Shown one piece after another: positions 28,075 through 36,041 of a DNA stretch of 37,593 nucleotides. The translations under genes and the position numbers were made by a program. The notes below the pieces were generated by a model. That model did not search any database. It was not told where the DNA came from and saw only the letters and a program-made list of their open reading frames with translations. Source of the DNA: Promethearchaeota archaeon (lineage in GTDB: Archaea; Asgardarchaeota; Lokiarchaeia; Sigyniarchaeales; SOKP01); NCBI GenBank assembly GCA_019057865.1, contig JAHLWP010000039.1, positions 1 to 37,593 of the forward strand, written 5' to 3'. The first letter of the stretch is position 1, and every line of letters starts with the position of its first letter.

Positions 28075-28090
28075 AAGAAAAAATTTATAA
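28075..28090 (+). promoter_or_regulatory. Candidate BRE/TATA promoter for the leader-leuS transcript
   Basis: Purine run AAGAAAAAA followed by TTTATAA (28084-28090), 27 nt before ATG 28118. This spacing fits a leaderless archaeal transcript. Confidence 0.45.
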
Positions 28091-28117
28091 GACATAAAAG
28101 ATAAGATTTCAATATTA

Positions 28118-28204
28118 ATGATCTCTAATAATTCTGCATTAAGAACATTGTCCAAAGGGATTTTATCCTTAGATGATTTACTCTTAGCAGTTTTATTATT
28201 ATGA
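28118..28204 (+). CDS. Putative leucine-rich leader peptide of leuS
   Basis: Hand translation: MISNNSALRTLSKGILSLDDLLLAVLLL*. 10 of 28 residues are Leu, including 6 of the last 8. Ends 158 nt upstream of leuS. Confidence 0.55.
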   Translation: MISNNSALRTLSKGILSLDDLLLAVLLL

Positions 28205-28274
28205 GCAAAACAAATCCACTTAATCTTTTTCTTATAGATTTTTCACGGATTTGTTTGCTTGGTGTGTAATTTTT
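28203..28274 (+). promoter_or_regulatory. Stem-loop with U-tracts in the leuS leader (candidate attenuator)
   Basis: AGCAAAACAAATCC (28204-28217) pairs with GGATTTGTTTGCT (28247-28259): 13 bp with one bulged A. Inner stem AATCT/AGATT. T5 tracts at 28226, 28239 and 28270. Confidence 0.55.
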
Positions 28275-28362
28275 ATAAAAAAAGGTTAAAAATGGGTGAT
28301 TGTTCTATTGAGATCAAAATATAAAATTAAGATAATCAAGTATTTAGGAAGTATTTAAAATT

Positions 28363-31251
28363 ATGTACAACCCAGAACAAATAGAAAAGAAATGGCAAGA
28401 TAAATGGGAAAAAGCAAAAGTTTTTGAAGCTAATCCTGATCCAGATAAGAAAAAGATATTTTTCACATCACCTTATCCATATGCTTCTGGTACCTTACAT
28501 ATTGGCCATGGAAGGAGTTTTGTAAATGGTGATATATTTGCTAGATATTATCGAGTTAAAGGCTATAATGTTTTATATCCTATGGCTTTTCATATTACAG
28601 GGACTCCTGTTTTAGCAATATCTTCTTCTATCGAAAGAAACGATCAAGAAACAATTGTAAGAATGAAAGATTATGTGTCATTACACACTAAAGATCAAAA
28701 GAAGATAGGGCAAATTGTAAAAAGTTTTGTAGATCCTTGGAATGTGGTAAGATATTTTTCTAATACAATGAAGATTGATTTTAAATCAATTGGAATGAGT
28801 ATAGATTGGAGAAGAGAATTTACTACAGGAGACAAATTATATAATAAATTCATAGAATGGCAATACTATCAATTATCTGAACTAGGATACTTGGAAAAAG
28901 GTGAATATCCAATCCTTTATTGCCCACGATGTGAAAATGCAGTAGGTGAAGATGATATTGCAAGAGGAGACGAACTTAATTTAGATATTAATGAATACAT
29001 ATGTATAAAATTTCCTTTTAACGATGCTTATTTAGTTCCTGCTACATTAAGACCAGAGACAATTTATGGTGCAACTAATTTATGGATAAATCCAAATGGA
29101 AAATATGTCTATGCAAAAGTAAATGGAGAGAGTTGGATAATATCTGAAGAGGCAACAGATCTATTGAAAAATCAAAATAAAAATGTGAATATATTGGAGA
29201 AAATAAAAGGAGAGGAACTAATTGGCAAAAAAGCAAAAAACGTATATGGAAAAAAAGACCTTTCAGTTTTACCAGGAAATTTTGTAGATACATCAGTAGC
29301 TACCGGAGTAGTATACTCTGTACCTGCTCATGCTCCCTATGATTATATTGCCTTAATTGATTTACAAAAAAATGATGCAATAATTAAAGAATTTAATCTA
29401 AATAAGGAAGAAATAGATGGTATAGTTCCAATTCAAATTATAGATCTAGTCGGATTTGATGATATTCCTGCAAAAATCTATTGCGAAAAATTTAAAGTTC
29501 AATCACAAAAAGATATAGAGCAATTAGATAATGCAACTTCAGAAAATTATAAACATGAATTCTATAATGGTATTTTAAATGATAAATGTGACAAATATGA
29601 AGGAAAGAAAGTATTTGAAGTAGTAACGGAAGTAATTGACGATCTAATTGAGACTAATAAGGCAGAAAAATTGTACATTCCAATTACTAAAGATCTTAAA
29701 TGTAGATGTGGAGAACAGATAATTGTCTCAATTTTGAAGGATCAATGGTTTTTGAATTTCAATGCCGGAGATTGGAAGCAGAAAGCATTTGATTGCTTAA
29801 ACGAGATGGTTATTGCACCTAAAAAGTATAGAATGAATTTAGAAAATGTATTTCATTGGTTAGAGAAAAGACCTTGTGCTAGAAAGAGAGGTTTAGGAAC
29901 TAAACTTCCATTTAACAAAGAATGGATTATAGAATCTTTAAGCGATTCTACAATATATATGAGTTTCTATACAATATCATATTTGCTGAAAAAGCATAAT
30001 ATTACACCTGAGCAGTTAATACCAGAATTTTTTGATTTTGTTTTCTTGGAGAAAGGGGAACTCTCAGACATATCAAAAAAGACGAAAATCGATTCTAGGC
30101 TATTGAAACAAATGCAAGATGAATTTTTTTATTGGTATCCTGTAGATCATCGACATACTGCTATAATGCATATATCGAATCATTTGAGTTTTTATATTTT
30201 TCATCATGTCGCCATCTTTCCAAAAAAACATTGGCCAAAAATTGTTTCGCTAATCGAACCTGTGATTATAGAAGGTCAGAAAATGGGAAAGTCGAAAGGA
30301 AATATCATTCCATTGGGTTCTATTCAATCAAACTATTCTGCAGATTTATTTAGGTTCTATATCTCTCATAACGCTGATTTTGGAATAAATATGGATTGGA
30401 GAGAGAAACAGATTCAAACAGTAAGAAATCATATAAACCGATTTTATAAATTTATAGTTGAAAATATAGAAAAGATAAGAGATATTGAAGGAAAAATCGA
30501 AAATATTCAATCTAAATATTCAAAAGTAATCTTATCAAAATGTCTCAGAAAATTTATCGAAGCAGTAGATGGGTTAGAAAAATTGAATTTAAGAAAATAT
30601 CTACAATTATCATTCTACGAGGTTTTTAACCTGCTACAAGATTATATTAGATATTGTGAGGACCCAGATGATATTAAAATAGTATTCAAAATCATTTTTC
30701 CTGATTGGATTCAAATTCTCTCTTTAACTATGCCCCATCTATGTGAAGAACTATGGCAATTGATGGGAAATAAAGGATTTATATCAGAGACGATTTGGGG
30801 TGATTTTCACAGTTACCTTATTAATGATAAACTGGAAAAAGAGTATGACTACATAGCAACTGTTATAGATGATATCTCAAATATTAAGAAAATAGTAAAA
30901 TCTGGAGTTTCAAATGATATTTATTTATATACGGCTCCTAAGTGGAAAATTGCCATCTCAGACATAATCTTTTCAGAGAAAGGGAATTTCAATGAAATAT
31001 TGGCTGAATGTAAAAAAAATAAAGAGCTAATAAAAAATAAAGATCTAATTTCTTACGTTAAGAACCAAATCAAAAATAGAATTTGGGAAAAAGAACAATT
31101 TAACTTTAATGAGAATGAAATTCTAGAAGAATACAAAAACCATATTGAAAAGAGAATCAATAATACAATAATTATCAATTCAGAATATGATCCAAATACT
31201 CGTGCCGGAAAAGCTGTACCCTATAAACCAGCAATTTACATAAAAACTTAA
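28363..31251 (+). CDS. leuS: Leucine--tRNA ligase, archaeal/eukaryotic type
   Basis: PYPY.SG.LHIGH, PMAFHITGTP, IDWRREFTT, editing domain ATLRPETIYG.TN.W and GVV.SVPAHAPYDY, WIIESLSDSTIYM.FYTI, YWYP.D, NHL.F, KMGKSKGN. Confidence 0.97.
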   Translation: MYNPEQIEKKWQDKWEKAKVFEANPDPDKKKIFFTSPYPYASGTLHIGHGRSFVNGDIFARYYRVKGYNVLYPMAFHITGTPVLAISSSIERNDQETIVRMKDYVSLHTKDQKKIGQIVKSFVDPWNVVRYFSNTMKIDFKSIGMSIDWRREFTTGDKLYNKFIEWQYYQLSELGYLEKGEYPILYCPRCENAVGEDDIARGDELNLDINEYICIKFPFNDAYLVPATLRPETIYGATNLWINPNGKYVYAKVNGESWIISEEATDLLKNQNKNVNILEKIKGEELIGKKAKNVYGKKDLSVLPGNFVDTSVATGVVYSVPAHAPYDYIALIDLQKNDAIIKEFNLNKEEIDGIVPIQIIDLVGFDDIPAKIYCEKFKVQSQKDIEQLDNATSENYKHEFYNGILNDKCDKYEGKKVFEVVTEVIDDLIETNKAEKLYIPITKDLKCRCGEQIIVSILKDQWFLNFNAGDWKQKAFDCLNEMVIAPKKYRMNLENVFHWLEKRPCARKRGLGTKLPFNKEWIIESLSDSTIYMSFYTISYLLKKHNITPEQLIPEFFDFVFLEKGELSDISKKTKIDSRLLKQMQDEFFYWYPVDHRHTAIMHISNHLSFYIFHHVAIFPKKHWPKIVSLIEPVIIEGQKMGKSKGNIIPLGSIQSNYSADLFRFYISHNADFGINMDWREKQIQTVRNHINRFYKFIVENIEKIRDIEGKIENIQSKYSKVILSKCLRKFIEAVDGLEKLNLRKYLQLSFYEVFNLLQDYIRYCEDPDDIKIVFKIIFPDWIQILSLTMPHLCEELWQLMGNKGFISETIWGDFHSYLINDKLEKEYDYIATVIDDISNIKKIVKSGVSNDIYLYTAPKWKIAISDIIFSEKGNFNEILAECKKNKELIKNKDLISYVKNQIKNRIWEKEQFNFNENEILEEYKNHIEKRINNTIIINSEYDPNTRAGKAVPYKPAIYIKT

Positions 31252-31263
31252 GCTTAAAATTCA

Positions 31264-31824
31264 TTAGTTTTCTCCTTTTTCTAATTTGCTTATAAAATTA
31301 GGAGGAATAAAATCTGTCAAATATAAATCTCCAGATTCATAAAAAATCATTCCCTCTTTTCTAGCAGTTTCAGTATTTATTTTAAGAATTATCGGATCAT
31401 TCGTCCTACGCTTTCCTACTAATATAGCATCTTCGACATTGCCTGATAAATGAACATATTGGCGATTCTCACTTTTTAACCCTTCCTTAATTATTCTTTC
31501 ATATGCTTTTTTAGTAGTCCCATGAAATAAAAAAGGAGGTAAAATTTCTGCTTCCTTCATTTTAATTTTCTTTTTTAGGCTATGACCATAAAATGCTCTA
31601 ATCTTATTCTCAACTATTTCAAACCTTCTCTTATCAGATTCAAGTATAATTTTTTCAATTAATTCTTCTGTAATTTCTTTATCTTGGTATCTAGAGTTTA
31701 GAATTTTCAAAACAGCATTTAAATCAGCATAACCTTCTAAATCAAGCTGTAAATGGAATTTTTCCGGATCATGTCTCAAAATGTATGCTAAAAATTTTGA
31801 GATTTTAATATAAAACTCTTTCAA
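31264..31824 (-). CDS. kptA: RNA 2'-phosphotransferase (KptA/Tpt1)
   Basis: SKFL.YILRH.P, KRRFE, IRAFYGHS, LFHGT, R.YVHLS, A..VGKR. Confidence 0.93.
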   Translation of the reverse strand: MKEFYIKISKFLAYILRHDPEKFHLQLDLEGYADLNAVLKILNSRYQDKEITEELIEKIILESDKRRFEIVENKIRAFYGHSLKKKIKMKEAEILPPFLFHGTTKKAYERIIKEGLKSENRQYVHLSGNVEDAILVGKRRTNDPIILKINTETARKEGMIFYESGDLYLTDFIPPNFISKLEKGEN

Positions 31825-31834
31825 TTGTTAGCCT

Positions 31835-32740
31835 CTATTCTTCTAATCCATACACTTGTTTTGGTCCAAGATACTGAGGAAATTTATCTAATAGAGCTAA
31901 TCGTGCCATATAACAGAGATGGCACTCATCTACATAGGTGTTTTCATGTTCAATATTGTATTCTCTTACTAATTCAACAGGACCTCCTCTAAGTAAAGGT
32001 CCACAAATAGGATGAGTTTCTGGTTTATAATTCTTGATTAATTCTGAAAGTGGAGTTTCCCAAAAGTTTCCAATACTTAAACCTTGACATATATGAGCAT
32101 TACCAAAGGGATCTATATGAATTCTTCCAAGGCCTTCTAAGTCTTCATAAGTGCATTCAACCATTTCCGTCCAAGGTCTTTGGGGTAATCCTTCAATTAA
32201 AGTTTCAACAGCTCTTCCTCTAAACATTGCTCCTCCTCCAATCACGGGCTCTCCCTTTTCTTGATCTTTATCAAAACCCTCCTTAATCGTAGGCTCATCA
32301 ATAGTAATAGAATCTGCAGGCAAATTCAAATTATTTGCTGCTTTTCGTGCTATTTTTGCTAAATTTTCTGTTTCATCTTCAAAATGAAATGTATCATCAC
32401 TTACACTAAAATCTGCTATGCCTAATTCAGTAATAGGTTTAAGCCAGAGTTCGGCATTCTCTGTGTTTGTCGCCCAATATGAATTAGTAACAATTCCATT
32501 CTTAAATCCCCTTTCTTTAGCAAGTTTCATTCCTTCAAGCATGATTGGATAAAAAAGAAATGGTTCACCACCTTCCCAATATGTCCATTCCACTGTTCCA
32601 ATCTTCACTGCTTCATCAAGAACTTGTTTAATCTGTTTTAATGTAAAAGTCCCTTTTGATTCAGGACTACAATATAAAAAACAATGATCACAAGTATAAT
32701 TACAAGAATAGGTTAGAAGAAAATGAATACCTTTTAACAT
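31835..32740 (-). CDS. Radical SAM protein
   Basis: TYSCNYTCDHC (CxxxCxxC), EGGEPFL, IVTNSYWA, C-terminal Cys residues. Start taken at ATG 32740, which has GAGG upstream (track gives 32752). Confidence 0.9.
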   Translation of the reverse strand: MLKGIHFLLTYSCNYTCDHCFLYCSPESKGTFTLKQIKQVLDEAVKIGTVEWTYWEGGEPFLFYPIMLEGMKLAKERGFKNGIVTNSYWATNTENAELWLKPITELGIADFSVSDDTFHFEDETENLAKIARKAANNLNLPADSITIDEPTIKEGFDKDQEKGEPVIGGGAMFRGRAVETLIEGLPQRPWTEMVECTYEDLEGLGRIHIDPFGNAHICQGLSIGNFWETPLSELIKNYKPETHPICGPLLRGGPVELVREYNIEHENTYVDECHLCYMARLALLDKFPQYLGPKQVYGLEE

Positions 32741-32907
32741 AATAATCCTCATAAATAACGAATTTCTATTATTAAAAACTATTTAGGAAAGCATTTATTC
32801 TTTTTACTTTTATGGAAATAGTAAGTATTCAAAAAATAGACTCTAAAATAAAATTAATTAATCAAAATACATTTGATTCTATAAAATTTTATAAAATGTG
32901 AATATAT

Positions 32908-34254
32908 ATGGCAGAACCAGTAAATATGTATGAGAAGTATTTCAAGGATCCTAAACGAGAACCCGTGTTGGTTGATTATGTGAGAACACCAGTGGGAAGG
33001 AGAAATGGAACTGTAGGGCTCCATAGAGGAGATGATCTAGTGGTGCATTGCTATGAAACAATATTAAATCGTATAGAAATTGATCAAAACATAATAGGCG
33101 ATTCTATCGTTTCATGTAATAGTCAAATTGGTGATTGTGCTTTGGATATAGGAAGAACTGCTGCTTTGGCTGCTCACTTACCAGTAAGTGTGCCTGGAAT
33201 GTCTATAAACCGCCAATGTGCTAGTGGAGCTCAGGTAGTTATGAGCGCATGGCAAGATATAGCATCAGGAATACATGATTGTGTTATCTGCGGTGGAGTT
33301 GAAGTTCAAAATAGATATCCAATAATGGCTGACTCGTATATTTTTGATAAAGAACAAAATAAGCAAGTAATGATAGCACCAAATGGAAAGATAATGACGC
33401 ATCCTGACGTGGCTCAAAAATTAAAAGAACACAAGACATCATTTGCGGGGCAAATTAATTCTGCCCACGTTATGGGTTTACATTGGATGCAAAAATCTGG
33501 AAAAACCCTCGAAGAATTTAGACTAGAAATGGATGGGCTCTCATTTCATTCCCATCATAAAGCTTGCTCAACTTGGGATGAAAGAGGAAAAGAGATTGAA
33601 CCAATTTGGTGTCCAAAGTTAGATGAGAATGGTAAACCTATTTTAGATGATAATCACCAAGTTGCCAAAGATACGAGTCTTTCAGTCTTAACAGAAAAAG
33701 ATGAAGCCCCTCGACCAAATACATCAACGGAAAGACTAGCTACTTTGAGAACGATAATAGGGAGGAAAAGCAAGGCTTTTTTAACCGCAGGCAATAGTTG
33801 TCCTACAAGCGATGGCGCCGCAGCACAATTGTGGATGACACGTCAATTGGCTGAAGAATATGGATTTAAAATTAGGGCAACAATAGTAAATTTTGCTGTA
33901 GTTGGAACAGATCCTATTTTAATGCTCACAGGACCCATCGAATCAATCCCTATGGCTTTAGAGAGGGCAAATATGACCTTGGATGATATGGCTTTCATAG
34001 AAATTAATGAGGCATTCAGCCCAGTAGTTTACGCAAGTTGTTATGAACTTGGTCTAGATTGGAAAGATCCCCGTTTTAATGTATGGGGCGGAGCACTAGC
34101 ATTAGGACATCCAACTGGAGCAACAGGTATGAGATTAATCGGGACCAATCTACATCAATTAGAGCAAACCGGCAATGAATATGCTATATCTTCTATGTGC
34201 GTAGGTTTAGGAATGGGTGCTGCAACAATAGTAAGAAATGAAAACCCTAAATAA
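32908..34254 (+). CDS. Thiolase (acetyl-CoA C-acyltransferase)
   Basis: VRTPVG, INRQCASG, TAGNSCP.SDGAAA, EINEAF, GGALALGHP.GATG, SMCVG.GMG.A. Confidence 0.95.
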   Translation: MAEPVNMYEKYFKDPKREPVLVDYVRTPVGRRNGTVGLHRGDDLVVHCYETILNRIEIDQNIIGDSIVSCNSQIGDCALDIGRTAALAAHLPVSVPGMSINRQCASGAQVVMSAWQDIASGIHDCVICGGVEVQNRYPIMADSYIFDKEQNKQVMIAPNGKIMTHPDVAQKLKEHKTSFAGQINSAHVMGLHWMQKSGKTLEEFRLEMDGLSFHSHHKACSTWDERGKEIEPIWCPKLDENGKPILDDNHQVAKDTSLSVLTEKDEAPRPNTSTERLATLRTIIGRKSKAFLTAGNSCPTSDGAAAQLWMTRQLAEEYGFKIRATIVNFAVVGTDPILMLTGPIESIPMALERANMTLDDMAFIEINEAFSPVVYASCYELGLDWKDPRFNVWGGALALGHPTGATGMRLIGTNLHQLEQTGNEYAISSMCVGLGMGAATIVRNENPK

Positions 34255-34458
34255 TATTATTTTCTAAAATTATTTTTTTCTATTATCTATAGAAATGAAA
34301 AATAGATAAAATCTTAATTTCATAATTTTGGATTTTTAATTTGAAACTTATTTTAAATCAAAGTTATGGATTCTTAGCGAAAAAATAATAAATAATGAAG
34401 AAAATTAATATATTAAGGATATAAATAATTAAAACCCTAACAATTCGGATTATAACTA

Positions 34459-34938
34459 ATGTCTGAAAAAAAAGCTGAAACTACCAATAATAGATTTAAA
34501 GTGTATAATTTTTCAGAAATCTTTCAATTAATTTATAAAATCAATAAAAAGTACGAAAAATTACAACGTGGTATAATTCAAGAGGAAAATCTAACATCAT
34601 CTCAATATTCCATTTTGCAACAGTTATGGAAATCAGATAGTAAGCCTTTTAAGGCTCTAGCAACTGCATGTTGTTGTTCTTCATCAACTATTACTGGAGT
34701 TATAGATACTATGGAAAAAAAAGATTTGGTTGTTCGTGAAATGAATCCGAATGATAGGAGAAGTCTTTTGGTAGTACTTACTGATAAGGGAAAGACTCTA
34801 AAGAAAGTTACTCCTCCTATCGATTCTATTTTAAAAAACTGTTGCGAGGGTATAAAACCAGAAGAAATTGAACAATTAACGACATTATTAAAAAAATTAT
34901 CTGATTCTTTTGAATTAGGCGAACAAGATGAGTGTTAA
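34459..34938 (+). CDS. MarR family transcriptional regulator, Cys-rich
   Basis: LT.SQY.IL..L, LA...(CCC)SSSTIT..ID.MEKK.LV.R..NP.DRRS..V.LT.KG. Confidence 0.9.
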   Translation: MSEKKAETTNNRFKVYNFSEIFQLIYKINKKYEKLQRGIIQEENLTSSQYSILQQLWKSDSKPFKALATACCCSSSTITGVIDTMEKKDLVVREMNPNDRRSLLVVLTDKGKTLKKVTPPIDSILKNCCEGIKPEEIEQLTTLLKKLSDSFELGEQDEC

Positions 34939-34979
34939 ATAATTTACTTATTTTCAAGGAGAAAATTTTGATTTTATTA

Positions 34980-35010
34980 TTCGGATCCTAAATATCCGGA
35001 ACCTTTATAT
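34980..35010 (+). promoter_or_regulatory. Candidate operator and TATA box upstream of arsM
   Basis: Imperfect inverted repeat TTCGGAT-N7-ATCCGGA directly before TTTATAT (35004-35010). ATTCGGAT also occurs at 34443-34450, just before the marR ATG. Confidence 0.45.
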
Positions 35011-35097
35011 ATTGATGTTAATTATTAATATATAAACAAATAAAAATTTTAAATATAATAGATAAACCTCAATAATTCTAAAAACGTGAAATAATAA

Positions 35098-35976
35098 ATG
35101 GAAGACCATGAAATAAAAAAGATTGTAAGAGATCGATATGGCAAAGTTGCAAAATCAGCAAGTTGTTGTGGTCCGTCCGAAGCCCCAAGATTAGAATTAA
35201 CTCCAAAAACTACGAATACTTCAAGAATAGAAATAACTCCAAAAACTACAAATACTTCCTGTAGTTGTAGTTCTGGGATTGGGTACACATTAGAAGATAT
35301 TGAAAGTATTCCTGAAGGTGCAGATTTAGGTTTAGGATGTGGTAATCCTACGGCTTCAGCAGATTTAAAAAAAGGCGAAACGGTCCTTGATCTTGGATCT
35401 GGAGGAGGTATTGATTGTTTTTTAGCAGCTAATAAGGTTGGAGGAGAAGGAAAAGTCATTGGCGTAGATATGACTCCAGACATGATTGATGTAGCACGAG
35501 AAAATGCTTTAAAGAGAAATTATGAAAATGTAGAATTTAGACTTGGAGAAATTGAAAATTTGCCAGTTGCAGACAATTATGTTGATGTGATTATCTCAAA
35601 TTGCGTAATTAATCTATCAACTGATAAAGATAAAGTTTTTCAAGAAGCATATAGAGTACTAAAGCCAAATGGGAGGGTATTAATTTCGGATATTGTTCTA
35701 ACTAAAGAAATACCTGAATCTCTTAGGAATAATCCTGATGCTTATGCAGGTTGTATTGCAGGAGCAATTTTAAAAGAAGACTATTTACAAAAAATTGCGA
35801 ATGCAGGATTTAAGGACATTAGTGTGATTGAAGAAAACACTTTTCCAGAAGCAGCTATAGAGGAAGATCCAGATACACTTGAAAAGATTGAAAAAAGTAG
35901 CTTCACTCTTGAAGATATAAAAAGTGTATTGGCTTCAACACAAAGTGTAAAGGTTAAAGCAATTAAAAAACCTTAA
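35098..35976 (+). CDS. arsM: Arsenite methyltransferase
   Basis: VR.RY..VA..SCC, LGLGCGNP, VLDLGSGGGIDC, GVDMT..M, ISNCVINL, EAYRVLKP.GR..ISD, GCIAGA. Confidence 0.93.
   Translation: MEDHEIKKIVRDRYGKVAKSASCCGPSEAPRLELTPKTTNTSRIEITPKTTNTSCSCSSGIGYTLEDIESIPEGADLGLGCGNPTASADLKKGETVLDLGSGGGIDCFLAANKVGGEGKVIGVDMTPDMIDVARENALKRNYENVEFRLGEIENLPVADNYVDVIISNCVINLSTDKDKVFQEAYRVLKPNGRVLISDIVLTKEIPESLRNNPDAYAGCIAGAILKEDYLQKIANAGFKDISVIEENTFPEAAIEEDPDTLEKIEKSSFTLEDIKSVLASTQSVKVKAIKKP
35186..35257 (+). repeat. 36-bp in-frame tandem duplication within arsM
   Basis: CAAGATTAGAATTAACTCCAAAAACTACGAATACTT / CAAGAATAGAAATAACTCCAAAAACTACAAATACTT, 33 of 36 identical. Confidence 0.9.
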
Positions 35977-36041
35977 AATAATTATTTTTTTCTTTTTTTA
36001 ATATTTAGTATTTAAGTATTTATTTTTTTTTCTATTATTTT

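Noticed and set aside
28201-28264. SECIS element (AUGA followed by a long stem)
   Set aside because: The 3' arm lacks the GA needed for the non-canonical quartet, and no TGA-interrupted selenoprotein gene is nearby.
28090-28362. T-box riboswitch upstream of leuS
   Set aside because: No T-box consensus (AAxxxxGGTGGxACC) or stem I motifs were visible.
35186-35257. CRISPR-like 36-bp repeat
   Set aside because: Two abutting copies without a spacer, in frame inside arsM, and no cas genes.
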